NCBI GenBank assembly: GCA_045602325.1
Contig: JAZSBH010000053.1
Coordinates: forward strand, 1 to 58,932
Reading direction: 5' to 3'
DNA length: 58,932 bases
Source of the DNA: Eubacteriales bacterium
Lineage (GTDB): Bacteria; Bacillota; Clostridia; Oscillospirales; CAG-272
Shown: positions 17,216 to 26,929 of the stretch, piece by piece
How positions within the stretch are numbered: position 1 is the stretch's first letter
Layout of the letters: every line of letters starts with the position of its first letter
Position numbers and translations under genes: made by a program
Notes under the pieces: generated by a model
The model's input: the letters and a program-made list of their open reading frames with translations, nothing else
What the model was told of the DNA's origin: nothing
The model's database searches: none

Positions 17216-17235
17216 TAATTTTTATCCAAAACTTG

Positions 17236-17264
17236 TTGACATTTTCCGAAAACTGTGGTACTAT
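17236..17264 (+). promoter_or_regulatory. Sigma-A type promoter of intracellular GH-like gene
   Basis: TTGACA, 17 nt spacer, TACTAT. Divergent from the promoter at 17187-17215. Confidence 0.6.
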
Positions 17265-17317
17265 GGTGCTGCGGAGCGCAGGACGCTCCGACTCAATATG
17301 CAAGCGAGGATTTGAAT

Positions 17318-19405
17318 ATGGCAGATATGATCTTCGATAAGGCCGCCAGGCTCTGGCGTGCCGGTCAAGTAGACTTTGGTGCGGGCAGCATCAGCGTCCG
17401 CATCCGCTTTGCTCACTCGGCAAACACCTCCCTGGGTACCATCATGGCCGACGGCAAGGCTATCGGCGTCATCGCCTTCTCCAGCTACGACAGCGAGGAT
17501 ACCGAGGCGCGGTGCGAGATCGATAAGACCGCCGGTGTCCACGACGTCACCGTATCGGTCAAGGGTCGGGCGACCCTGCTCTCTCTTGAGGTCTCGGAGG
17601 AGCCGGTCTATGCGGGCATGACCTACGAGCCCGTCCCTGAAAAGGCCATTATGGATATGGGCTACGACGGCTGGGAGGCCACGGATATGCTGGGGCGCAA
17701 GGTGGCCTCGGTGGAGGACGTGAGCGCCAAGAAGAAGGAAAAGCAGGTGGGTATCTTCTACTGGACCTGGCACGAGGGGCACGCCAATCTGCGTCCCGTG
17801 GACGTGGTAGACGTGCTGTCCAAGTACCCCGCCGCCGAGTACCGCAAGGATCATCCCGCCTGGGGCGAGGGTCCCTTCCAGCCCTACTGGCATGAGCCCT
17901 TCTACGGCTTCTACCGCGATTCCGACCCCTATATCATCCGTCACCACGCCGCCCTGCTCTCGGCGGCAGGTGTAGACTTTTTGCTCTTTGACTGCACCAA
18001 CGGCGCCCTGGTCTGGCGCTCGGCCTACGAGCCCCTCTTCAAGGGCTTGCAGGAGGCTCGCCGCGACGGCATCAAGGTGCCCAAGGTAGCCTTCATGCTC
18101 AACTTCGGCCCCATGGAGACCACCGAGTGGATGCTCCGCGCCCTGTACCAGAACATCTACAAGCCCGGTCTGTACTCCGACCTCTGGTATATGCTGGACG
18201 GCAAGCCCATGATCATGGGTTACCCCGACGCCCTCCCCGCCGAGGGTGCTTGTGAGACCGATACCCGTATTCTGAACGAGATCCGGGAGTTCTTTACCTT
18301 CCGTCCCGGTCAGCCCGGCTACGGCTGTGGTCCCCAGACCAACAGCCAGTGGGGCTGGTTGGAGGTCTATCCCCAGCACAAGTACGTCACCCGTCCCGAC
18401 GGTAGCTGTGAGATGGTCACAGTCGGCGTGGGTCAGAATGCCAACAAGGATCGCATCTGCACCCACTTCAACGACGTGAAGACCTTCGGCAGAAGCTACA
18501 CCGGCAAGTACGGCCACGCCCTCCTCACCCCCGACTCCTACAAGCAGGGCTACAACGTCCAGGAGCAGTGGGAACGTGCCCTCGATCTGGACCCCGATAT
18601 CGTCTTCGTCACGGGCTGGAACGAGTGGATCATGGGTATGTGGCATGAGCCCTGGCTGAGTGACAACGACTCCACCCAGCTGGCCATGGTGGATCAGTAC
18701 GACCGCGAGCACAGCCGCGACATCGAGATGGACAAGGACGGCTATCTGGACACCTACTACCTCCAGCTTGCCCACAACATCCGCCGCTTCAAGGGCGCGT
18801 CTCCCCGTCAGGCGACCTCCCCCGCGGGTATCGTGGATCTCAAGTCGGGTAGTAAGGCCTGGAGCGCTGTGACCCCCGTCTACCGCAACCCCAAGGGCAC
18901 CACCATCCACCGTGATTGGGACGGCTTCGGTGACTACCACTACGTCAACACATCCGGCCGCAACGACATCGTGGAGGCCAGAGTCTCCCGCGACGCCGAG
19001 AATATCTATTTCCGTGTCAAGTGCGCCGATACCATTACCCCCCGCGAGGGCGACGGCTGGATGACCCTGTTCATCGACGCAGACCGCTCCAAGGCTACCG
19101 GTTGGGAGGGCTACGATTTCGTCATCAACCGCGTAGCAGGGAAAAAGAATCAAGCCTCGGTGGAGAAGTACGTCCGCACCCTGGAGGAGGGAAGCTTCAC
19201 CTGGGAGACCGTCGGCACCGCCACCTACCGCGTATCGGGCGACACCCTGACTATTGCCGTTCCCCGCACGCTGGTGGGCATGGAGGGCAAGCTGAACTTC
19301 GAGTTCAAGTGGAGCGATAATATGCAGGAGCCCACGGTCATGGACTTCTATGCCAACGGCGACACCGCACCGATTGGGCGGTTCAATTATCTGTATATGG
19401 AGTAA
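17318..19405 (+). CDS. Putative intracellular glycoside hydrolase (no signal peptide)
   Basis: Start MADMIFDK follows GAGGA. GIFYWTWHEG, FLLFDCTNG and VTGWNEWIMG are TIM-barrel GH-like motifs. C-terminal beta-sandwich ends in FYANGDTAPIGRFNY. The family assignment is uncertain. Confidence 0.75.
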   Translation: MADMIFDKAARLWRAGQVDFGAGSISVRIRFAHSANTSLGTIMADGKAIGVIAFSSYDSEDTEARCEIDKTAGVHDVTVSVKGRATLLSLEVSEEPVYAGMTYEPVPEKAIMDMGYDGWEATDMLGRKVASVEDVSAKKKEKQVGIFYWTWHEGHANLRPVDVVDVLSKYPAAEYRKDHPAWGEGPFQPYWHEPFYGFYRDSDPYIIRHHAALLSAAGVDFLLFDCTNGALVWRSAYEPLFKGLQEARRDGIKVPKVAFMLNFGPMETTEWMLRALYQNIYKPGLYSDLWYMLDGKPMIMGYPDALPAEGACETDTRILNEIREFFTFRPGQPGYGCGPQTNSQWGWLEVYPQHKYVTRPDGSCEMVTVGVGQNANKDRICTHFNDVKTFGRSYTGKYGHALLTPDSYKQGYNVQEQWERALDLDPDIVFVTGWNEWIMGMWHEPWLSDNDSTQLAMVDQYDREHSRDIEMDKDGYLDTYYLQLAHNIRRFKGASPRQATSPAGIVDLKSGSKAWSAVTPVYRNPKGTTIHRDWDGFGDYHYVNTSGRNDIVEARVSRDAENIYFRVKCADTITPREGDGWMTLFIDADRSKATGWEGYDFVINRVAGKKNQASVEKYVRTLEEGSFTWETVGTATYRVSGDTLTIAVPRTLVGMEGKLNFEFKWSDNMQEPTVMDFYANGDTAPIGRFNYLYME

Positions 19406-20010
19406 TGCGTATGAGAAATAGCTTGCGTCGCTTGGCTCTGTGCCTGTTGTCGTGCATACTGCTTCTGAGCATGGTTTCCTGCTCGGGGCTTTTTCCCAGC
19501 GAAATCCATGATTCCGGTCTGGATGCCTTCAGCACAGACGCATCCGAGCGAGGGCTCACGGCGTACTTGCTTCCGACTGACGGTTTTATTGAAAAATATG
19601 CGTATGTAGACGGTGACTACCATTATTTTGATAATCTCTATGTAAACGAGCAAGCGCTGGAAACCGCTTTCGCATATTTGGAATACGAAGCGGCTACCTA
19701 CGAGGAAGCAAAGCAGTTTTGTCTGGACAACATGAGCCTTTCTGCCGAGAACACGAAAGAATACAATGGGTATGTCTTTGCTGAAAACTTGGCACTTACC
19801 GAAAAAAACCGCTCGGAAGACGGAAAGGATCTGCGTTATCCCCGCTATTTTATCATGTTCGGTTATAACGATGCCTTGAATCGCCTGGTGTTCATCAGCC
19901 TATTCTGCGGTGATGAACACGCGGAAAAGGCGGCTGCAGCCGACACGGATTTCGAGGCGTTCCTGCAAGAGTTTTACGGCGAATACTACGATTTCGACAC
20001 GTCCGCATGA
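19405..20010 (+). CDS. Lipoprotein, unknown function
   Basis: The ATG overlaps the upstream stop (TAATG). Signal peptide with lipobox LSMVSC. Confidence 0.7.
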   Translation: MRMRNSLRRLALCLLSCILLLSMVSCSGLFPSEIHDSGLDAFSTDASERGLTAYLLPTDGFIEKYAYVDGDYHYFDNLYVNEQALETAFAYLEYEAATYEEAKQFCLDNMSLSAENTKEYNGYVFAENLALTEKNRSEDGKDLRYPRYFIMFGYNDALNRLVFISLFCGDEHAEKAAAADTDFEAFLQEFYGEYYDFDTSA

Positions 20011-20073
20011 TAAGCAACAACCCCACCCTGCTTCGACAGAGCGGGGTTTGAATACTTGTCACATGATTGTCAC

Positions 20074-20102
20074 TTGCTTTTCTGCCTGTTGTATGGTAAA
20101 AT
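20074..20102 (+). promoter_or_regulatory. Sigma-A type promoter of membrane HTH gene
   Basis: TTGCTT, 17 nt spacer, TAAAAT, with TG upstream of the -10. Confidence 0.5.
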
Positions 20103-20121
20103 GATAGCGGAGGTGATCTCA

Positions 20122-20727
20122 ATGGAATTCAAAGATAAACTCAAAGAACTCAGAACAAACGCCAATCTCAAGCAGGAGGATGTGGCGAACCGACTTTTCG
20201 TTTCGCGCACCCTTGTGTCCAAATGGGAGTCGGGCGACCGTTACCCCAGCGACGAGAATCTGGAACGCATTGCCGCACTGTTCCAAATATCCGGGGATGA
20301 GTTTACCGGCACAAAAGGGGAGGAGAACAAACTGAAAAAGGGTGCTGTGGCTGTTGCCGGCTTCAAAGCGTTCCTTATCCGTAACCGCACCGCGATCTTT
20401 GCATGGGTAAAGGTAATTCTTTCGGTCGGTTTGATTCCCCTGTGGTTTGTGGAATTCTTTATGGGGTGTCGTGAATCCGGTGGGATGGCGGCTGTTTTTC
20501 CGTTCAGTATGTACGACTATGCGCGGAAGTCGGATTGCTTGGTTCTGTCATATGCTTCCATAGGCCTTCTGGCCGCCTCGGCTGTTCTGGCGCTGTACAG
20601 TCTCCTGCGCCGTGACCGTGAAGAGATCCGCAAAATAAGCCACGTAATTTTGGGTGTTGCGGTCGGATCCTTTTTGCTCTTTCTGTTGTTGGCCTCCATG
20701 GCAAGCCACGGGACCGCCCTCTTTTGA
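20122..20727 (+). CDS. XRE-family HTH protein with C-terminal transmembrane domain
   Basis: LKELRTNANLKQEDVANRLFVSRTLVSKWESGDRYP is an HTH_3 motif, followed by about 4 hydrophobic helices. GGAGGTG upstream of the ATG. Confidence 0.8.
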   Translation: MEFKDKLKELRTNANLKQEDVANRLFVSRTLVSKWESGDRYPSDENLERIAALFQISGDEFTGTKGEENKLKKGAVAVAGFKAFLIRNRTAIFAWVKVILSVGLIPLWFVEFFMGCRESGGMAAVFPFSMYDYARKSDCLVLSYASIGLLAASAVLALYSLLRRDREEIRKISHVILGVAVGSFLLFLLLASMASHGTALF

Positions 20728-20735
20728 CAGAACGC

Positions 20736-20771
20736 CCCCGCTCTGCTCAAAGCAGGGCGGGGATTCTTTTT
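20736..20771 (+). terminator. Rho-independent terminator
   Basis: 12-bp stem CCCCGCTCTGCT/AGCAGGGCGGGG with a 3-nt loop, followed by ATTCTTTTTA. Confidence 0.8.
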
Positions 20772-20777
20772 ATAGAC

Positions 20778-21557
20778 CTATTTGAACAGAAAATTGACAG
20801 CCAGGATCACCGCACCCAAGGTGGCCAGAATGATACCCGTCACCCGATTCAGTACCTTGGGAGACGCCTTGTTAGCAAAGACTGCGGCGATCCGCGCCCA
20901 GATAAGGGTGAAGATCACGCAGAAGACCAGCACCCATAGGTCGGGGGCACCCCCAAAGGCGAAGTGGCTGACCGCCCCTGTCAGGGCGGTGAAGGTCATG
21001 ATGAAGACACTGGTTCCCACGGCGGTCTTGAGCTCGTAGCCCAGCACCGAGGTCAGCACCAGGAGCATCATCATGCCGCCTCCCGCGCCGACAAATCCGC
21101 AGATGAATCCGATCAGAGTGCCGCAGATCACCGATTGCCAAAACCGTTTCTTGGGGGAGACACCCTCCATGGCCTCCTTGGTGGTCATGACGGGCTTAAC
21201 AATGAACTTGATGCCCAACATAAGGGTCATCACCATGGAAAAGCTACCCATGGTGGTATTGGGCACCAGACTGCTCACAAAGCTGCCTACGGCGGTAAAT
21301 ACCAGCACCGATGCCAGCATGACTAAGCCGTTTTTGATGTCCAGATTCTTTTTCTTCCCGTAGGTGTAGGCGCTGACCGCCGAGGCCAGCACGTCGGACG
21401 CCAGGGCAATGCCCACCGCCTCGTAGGCGGGCATACCCAAAAAGGTGATCAGCATGGGGCTGATGACAGCCGCCGCACTCATACCCGCAAAGCCTGTACC
21501 CAGTCCTGCCCCCGCACCCGCAACAAAGCAGACCAGGAGCTTGATCCATATATCCAT
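20778..21557 (-). CDS. TauE/SafE family sulfite/anion exporter
   Basis: 259 aa with about 8 TM helices and repeated GAGAGLGTGFAGM / GFVGAGGGMMM motifs typical of TauE/SafE. GGAGG upstream of the ATG. Confidence 0.88.
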   Translation of the reverse strand: MDIWIKLLVCFVAGAGAGLGTGFAGMSAAAVISPMLITFLGMPAYEAVGIALASDVLASAVSAYTYGKKKNLDIKNGLVMLASVLVFTAVGSFVSSLVPNTTMGSFSMVMTLMLGIKFIVKPVMTTKEAMEGVSPKKRFWQSVICGTLIGFICGFVGAGGGMMMLLVLTSVLGYELKTAVGTSVFIMTFTALTGAVSHFAFGGAPDLWVLVFCVIFTLIWARIAAVFANKASPKVLNRVTGIILATLGAVILAVNFLFK

Positions 21558-21821
21558 AGAGAAACCTCCGTTTTTACCGTGTCCCTCGGATTATACCACG
21601 GAATTGTTACGCGGTTATAAAGATTGGAGTCAATGGAGCGTTTTTGGTAAAAAATTCACCGAAAAATCAGGAAGAATTTGCGCGAGGGGCCTATTGGTTC
21701 ATAAATTCGTTACAATAATATGGTATACTATAAGATGACTTATTGTGGCCGCGGCATCTGCGGGCGCTGAATTGATAAAAACCGCCTTCTCGAGGGAAGG
21801 CACAGAAAGGATCAACCATCC

Positions 21822-22901
21822 ATGATTAAGATCGAACATCTGGTCAAGAACTACGGCTCCAATTGCGCGGTGGACGACATCAGCCTGGAGATCGGGGAGG
21901 GCGAGATCGTCGGCTTCCTCGGCCCCAACGGTGCGGGCAAGTCCACCACTATGAACATCCTGACGGGCTGCCTCTCCAGTACCGCGGGACGGGTCAGCGT
22001 GGCGGGCATTGACGTGCTGGGCGACCCCCTGAACGCCAAGCGTCAGATCGGCTATCTGCCTGAGCAGCCTCCCCTGTACTTGGACATGACCGTGGACGAG
22101 TACCTGAACTTTAACTATGACCTCAAGGGCTGCAGACTCAACCGCGAGGCTCACATCGGCGAGGTCTGCGAAGTGGTGCGCATCGGGGACGTCCGCAAGC
22201 GGGTCATCAAGAACCTCTCCAAGGGCTACCGCCAGCGCGTGGGTATTGCCGGTGCCCTCGTCGGCTCCCCCAAGGTCATCATCTTCGACGAGCCCACCGT
22301 GGGTCTGGATCCCAAACAGATCATTGAGATCCGCAACCTCATCCGCTCTCTGGGCAAGGATCACACCGTCATTCTGTCCACCCACATCTTGCAGGAGGTG
22401 CAGGCAGTCTGCGACCGTATCGTCATCATCAACAAGGGGCGCATCGTGGCCGACGAGAAGACCGAGAACATTACCCGGGTCATCGAGAACAACCGCCGCT
22501 TCAACGCCAAGATCTGCGGCCCCCAGGAGCAGGTTCTGTCTGCCCTGCGTAACCTGCAGGGAATCGCCTATTGCGAGGCTTTGGCCGAGCGGGACGGAGA
22601 TGCCACCACCTACATGATCGAGTCTGCTCCCGGTGTGGATATCCGCAAAAAACTGTTCTTTACCCTGGCCGAACGTGGCTGGGCGCTGATCGGCCTGGAG
22701 GCGTTGGGTTTGTCCCTGGAGGATATCTTCATCACCGTCGTCAACAAGTCGGAAGAGGACGATACCCCCACCCGCTATACCCGCCGCGCCAAGACCAAGC
22801 AGAGAAGTGCTTTGGAATCCCAAGTGGCCGCCGGTCTCGTGGCCGACGCCGACAAGCGCCGCGAGAAGCAATCCTCCATCGGAGCCGAGGACAACGAGTA
22901 A
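21822..22901 (+). CDS. ABC transporter ATP-binding protein (GldA-like) with charged C-terminal extension
   Basis: Walker A GPNGAGKST, signature LSKGYRQR, Walker B IIFDEPTVGLD, plus an extra domain of about 110 aa and a K/R/E-rich tail. Confidence 0.93.
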   Translation: MIKIEHLVKNYGSNCAVDDISLEIGEGEIVGFLGPNGAGKSTTMNILTGCLSSTAGRVSVAGIDVLGDPLNAKRQIGYLPEQPPLYLDMTVDEYLNFNYDLKGCRLNREAHIGEVCEVVRIGDVRKRVIKNLSKGYRQRVGIAGALVGSPKVIIFDEPTVGLDPKQIIEIRNLIRSLGKDHTVILSTHILQEVQAVCDRIVIINKGRIVADEKTENITRVIENNRRFNAKICGPQEQVLSALRNLQGIAYCEALAERDGDATTYMIESAPGVDIRKKLFFTLAERGWALIGLEALGLSLEDIFITVVNKSEEDDTPTRYTRRAKTKQRSALESQVAAGLVADADKRREKQSSIGAEDNE

Positions 22902-22940
22902 TCTCGATTCCGAAAAAATACACGAAAAAAGGAAACTGTT

Positions 22941-23687
22941 ATGTTTGCTATTTACAAAAAGGAGCTTCGTTCCTTCTTCATCAACCCCATCGGGTATGTC
23001 TACACGGGAGCGTTTCTGGGTCTGGCGGCGCTGATCTGCTGCTACACCACCATCATGTCCTCCAGTTACGACACCTCCATGTACTTCACGGTTATGATGT
23101 TTGCCATGGCCGTGCTGATCCCCCTGCTCACCATGCGCCTCTTTGCCGAGGAGCGAAAGCTTCGTACCGAGCAACTCCTTCTGACCGCCCCCGTTACCAT
23201 TACGGGCATGGTCATGGGTAAGTTCCTAGCGGCGCTGACCGTCTTTGGCGGCTCTCTGCTGGTTTCCTGCATCAACTTCATTCCGATCTACGCCACCGCC
23301 GCCGCCGAGCGGGATAACCAGTCCTTCGAATACTACCACATCGGCCCCGTGACGGGTGAGCTGATCGGTAACCTCGTCGGTCTGCTCCTCATTGGTGCGG
23401 CCTTCATCGCTCTGGGCACGTTTATTTCTGCCCTCACGGAAAACCAACTGGCCGCGGCAGTCATCACCATCTCGGTGATCGTTCTCATGCTGGGTCTGGG
23501 TCTGCTCAACAACTTTATTGACGTCTACTGGATCCGCACCGTCCTTTCCTGGATCTCCATCTACTCCCGCTTCGGGAACTTCCAGAACGGACTCTTTGAC
23601 TTCGCCGCTATCCTCTACTACGCATCCATCTGCTTTATCTTCGTGTTCCTCACCGTCCGCGTCTACGAGAAGCGGAGATGGAACTGA
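22941..23687 (+). CDS. ABC-2 type permease (GldF-like)
   Basis: 248 aa. MFAIYKKELRSFFINPIGYVY start typical of the ABC-2/GldF family, with 6 predicted TM helices. Confidence 0.85.
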   Translation: MFAIYKKELRSFFINPIGYVYTGAFLGLAALICCYTTIMSSSYDTSMYFTVMMFAMAVLIPLLTMRLFAEERKLRTEQLLLTAPVTITGMVMGKFLAALTVFGGSLLVSCINFIPIYATAAAERDNQSFEYYHIGPVTGELIGNLVGLLLIGAAFIALGTFISALTENQLAAAVITISVIVLMLGLGLLNNFIDVYWIRTVLSWISIYSRFGNFQNGLFDFAAILYYASICFIFVFLTVRVYEKRRWN

Positions 23688-23720
23688 TCGAGGAACATAC
23701 AAGAGAAAGGATCTCATAAC

Positions 23721-25217
23721 ATGGCACATACAGCCTCCAAAAAAGCCCTCCGACACGGTGGCGTGACGGTGGCGCTGACGGTGCTCGTGGTGGTCATCAT
23801 CATTCTGCTCAACGCATCGGTCACGACTCTGGCCATGCGCTACGGCTGGTACGTGAATATGAACCCCACCCTGCTTTACCCTGTCACCGACACCTGCTAC
23901 GACTACCTGGATACCTACGTCATTCCTGACGCCAAGGAGGACATCCGCATCATCTTCTGCGACGACGAGGAGAACATCCGCGAGGATGCCACCCTTGCCT
24001 TCGTTCTGAATACCGCCGAGGAGCTGGCAGCACGGTACCCCGATACCGTCACGGTTGAGTACCTCAACGTCTGGGAAAACCCCAAGATCGCCCGTGAGTA
24101 CGGCGTGAAGGCATCCACCTCGGTGGTGGTGGCCTCCGGAGACGCCCACCGAGTCTGCACCCTGCGGGACTTCTTCCTGTTCCCCGCCGCAGATAACGAG
24201 ACCCCCGTGGCCTACACCGGTGAGAAGCGGTTCGCCGTCGCCATGAAGGCGGTGGTCTCTCCCGACGCTCCTGTGGCCTACTTTACCCTCAACCACGGCG
24301 AGTCCATGGAGGACTACGCCCTTATGTACGCCGTCACCGACGCGGGCTACATGATCAACTATCTGGACGCCCTGAATTTCGACATCCCCGAGGACTGCGG
24401 GCTCCTGGTCTCCTACAACCCCGCCCGCGACTTTACCGCCGTGGACGGTGTGTCGGGCATTTCCGAGATCGACAAGCTGGACGCCTACCTCAAGGAGGGC
24501 GGCAGATTCATGTGCTTTGTCTCGGCCGATACCTTTGCCGCAGGCGGCTTCGCCCATATCGAAGGCTATCTTGCAGATTGGGGTGTGACCTTTGAGCACA
24601 GCACGGGCGCCGAGGGCGTTGAGGAATGCTTTGCCATCCGCGACACCGCCCACTCTCTGACTACCGACGGTTATACCATCGTGGGTCAAGTTCCCACCGT
24701 GGGACGGGGCGGAGAGATCATGGCCGATCTGGACGGCACCCTTCGTATCTCCAACGCTACCGCCATCACCGTCGCCGAGGACTTTGCCGCATCGGGCGGA
24801 AGCTACGTCAGCGGCAGCCGTACCCTCACCCCCCTGCTCCGCTCCCATGCGGGTGCCGAGGCTTGGGCGGGCGGCCGTCCTGTGGACCGCACCGCCGAGG
24901 GCTACAACCTGGTGACGCTTACCCAGGATTCTGCCACGGGCGCGTCTGTGCTGGTCTGCTCCTCCACCGAGTTTGCCACAGAATCCACCCTACAGTCGGG
25001 CGTTTACGACAACGGCCCCTTCCTGCTCACCGCCATGGAGGCCATGGGCAAGGAGGAGATCCCCATTGATCTCAAATCCCAGCCCTTCTCGGACGATACC
25101 ATCCACATTCTCACCACCGCACAGGCCCGTAATATCACCATTGCCCTGGTAGCCGGTCCCGTATTGGCGGTGCTGGCCGTTGGGCTGATCGTACTCATCA
25201 GGAGGAAATTCGCATGA
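23721..25217 (+). CDS. GldG-like ABC auxiliary protein, copy 1
   Basis: 498 aa with N- and C-terminal TM helices bracketing a large external domain. Lies immediately after the ABC-2 permease, as in gldAFG-type loci. Confidence 0.75.
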   Translation: MAHTASKKALRHGGVTVALTVLVVVIIILLNASVTTLAMRYGWYVNMNPTLLYPVTDTCYDYLDTYVIPDAKEDIRIIFCDDEENIREDATLAFVLNTAEELAARYPDTVTVEYLNVWENPKIAREYGVKASTSVVVASGDAHRVCTLRDFFLFPAADNETPVAYTGEKRFAVAMKAVVSPDAPVAYFTLNHGESMEDYALMYAVTDAGYMINYLDALNFDIPEDCGLLVSYNPARDFTAVDGVSGISEIDKLDAYLKEGGRFMCFVSADTFAAGGFAHIEGYLADWGVTFEHSTGAEGVEECFAIRDTAHSLTTDGYTIVGQVPTVGRGGEIMADLDGTLRISNATAITVAEDFAASGGSYVSGSRTLTPLLRSHAGAEAWAGGRPVDRTAEGYNLVTLTQDSATGASVLVCSSTEFATESTLQSGVYDNGPFLLTAMEAMGKEEIPIDLKSQPFSDDTIHILTTAQARNITIALVAGPVLAVLAVGLIVLIRRKFA

Positions 25218-26914
25218 ACAACCAATCGAATATGCCTCGCCGCGGTCTCCACCGTTTCGTGGGTTCCGCCACTACGATCGCCGTGATCGCTGCGGTACTG
25301 GTGATCAACGTCCTGTTCTCCTTTATCGCTGACCGCCTTATGTGGCAGGTGGACGAGACGGTTACCAAGTATACCACCGCGGAAGGCGTGTCCATGTACA
25401 CTGCCACAGATGAGTTTCTGGGCGTCGTCCGTGATTACGCCATCCCCATGGTGGAGGAAATGAACGCCCAGCGAGTGAGTAACGGCGAGGAGCCCATCAC
25501 CATCAACGTTAAGTTTTGCACCGAGCGTGATAAGGTCTACGAAGCCGACAAGCTTCGTATGATCCAGTATACCGCCCTGGCTCTGCAAAAGGAGTTCCCC
25601 GACGCCATCAAGGTGGAGTACCTCAACATCGAGCAGAACCCCTCCCAGGTGCAGAAATATAAGGCAACTTCTTCCTCCAATATCTACTCCCACCAGATCA
25701 TCTTTGAGTTCGGTACCGAGTACCGCGTCTGCTCCTACGACTACTTTTTCCTCAAAAACGATTCTTCGGCCTCGGAGCATTGGGCGTACAACGGTGAGCA
25801 GAAAATGGCTTCTCTGCTCCTGGCGCTGACCCGCGCCGAGTCTCCCATTGCAGGCTTTATTACCAACCACGGCGAACAACTGGAGAACTGTCAGTCCTTC
25901 CGCAATCTGGTGGAACGGGCAGGCTTTGACGTGGTGGACATTGATCTTTCCAAGGACGAGATCCCTGCCGATTGCCGCCTGCTCATCTGCTATGACCCCC
26001 AGACCGACTTCATCGGCCTTGGTAATGCGTCCTACGTGGATGGCGACGAGAGCGAGATCGACAAGCTGGATGCCTTCCTGGATAAGGCCTACTCCTTCAT
26101 GCTCTTCGTGGATAAGGATACCCCCGAGCTCCCCGTTCTGGAGGAGTATATGGAGGAATGGGGTGTGACAGTGGCCCGTGCCGAGAACGCCGAGGGAGAT
26201 CTGGACAACCTGACCATCCGGGATCAGTCCATGAAGCTGGATAAAGATGGCTACATTCCCATGGCCGAGTATGTCACCACCGGCGGCGGTTCTTCCATCA
26301 CCGAGGATATGCGTAACGTTTCCTACCCCGCCAAGGTGGTCTTCCCCAACGCCACGGCCATCGTGATGTCCGAGTCTTACCGCAAAACCCACGTGATTCC
26401 CGATGACACCAACGGCGTCACCGAGGCCTACACCTATGGTTCCTACTACCGCAACGGCGTAAGCCGCTACTTCCACGACGTCTTCAAAACGGGACCCTCT
26501 GCCGCTGTGGAGGCCTTTGGCAAGCAGTATCAGGTGGCCACCCAGCAGGAGCGGTTCAATTTCATGACCATTTCCATTGAATCCCGTACCATTATGGAGA
26601 CCAATTACCTGTCCACCCAGGAGCCCTCCTACGTGGCTGTGTTCGGTTCTACCGAGTTTGCCTCGGATACCATCCTGGATTCGGCTGCCTACGGCAACGC
26701 CGACGCCCTCACCGCTACCCTTCGCCACATGGGCCGCGAGGTCATGCCCGCCGATCTGGAATTCAAGGCCTTTAAGGTCTATACGGTGGACACCGACGCC
26801 TACGTGCCCGATGCAGGCAAGGTCATTGGCGCCACTGTGTGCTTGACTCTCCTGCCCATTGCCATCTGTGTGATTGCGGGTGTTTGCGTGAACGTCAAGA
26901 GAAAGTACCGGTAA
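25214..26914 (+). CDS. GldG-like ABC auxiliary protein, copy 2
   Basis: 566 aa with the same topology as copy 1. The start overlaps the upstream stop (ATGA) and GGAGG lies upstream. Confidence 0.75.
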   Translation: MNNQSNMPRRGLHRFVGSATTIAVIAAVLVINVLFSFIADRLMWQVDETVTKYTTAEGVSMYTATDEFLGVVRDYAIPMVEEMNAQRVSNGEEPITINVKFCTERDKVYEADKLRMIQYTALALQKEFPDAIKVEYLNIEQNPSQVQKYKATSSSNIYSHQIIFEFGTEYRVCSYDYFFLKNDSSASEHWAYNGEQKMASLLLALTRAESPIAGFITNHGEQLENCQSFRNLVERAGFDVVDIDLSKDEIPADCRLLICYDPQTDFIGLGNASYVDGDESEIDKLDAFLDKAYSFMLFVDKDTPELPVLEEYMEEWGVTVARAENAEGDLDNLTIRDQSMKLDKDGYIPMAEYVTTGGGSSITEDMRNVSYPAKVVFPNATAIVMSESYRKTHVIPDDTNGVTEAYTYGSYYRNGVSRYFHDVFKTGPSAAVEAFGKQYQVATQQERFNFMTISIESRTIMETNYLSTQEPSYVAVFGSTEFASDTILDSAAYGNADALTATLRHMGREVMPADLEFKAFKVYTVDTDAYVPDAGKVIGATVCLTLLPIAICVIAGVCVNVKRKYR

Positions 26915-26929
26915 GATAAAGGAGATTCT

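Noticed and set aside
17261-19153. 630-aa minus-strand ORF, and 13638-15425 (+, 595 aa)
   Set aside because: These are antisense shadows of the two glycoside-hydrolase-like genes. Their composition (Gly/Val/His/Asp-rich) and the absence of start signals argue against coding.
21699-24848. ORFs of 491 and 540 aa on the minus strand (21699-23174 and 23226-24848)
   Set aside because: Antisense to the ABC ATPase, permease and GldG genes, which carry Walker and ABC-2 motifs. Also, 3735-4877 (-) is antisense to yicC, and 6894-8204 and 5760-6683 (-) are antisense to priA.
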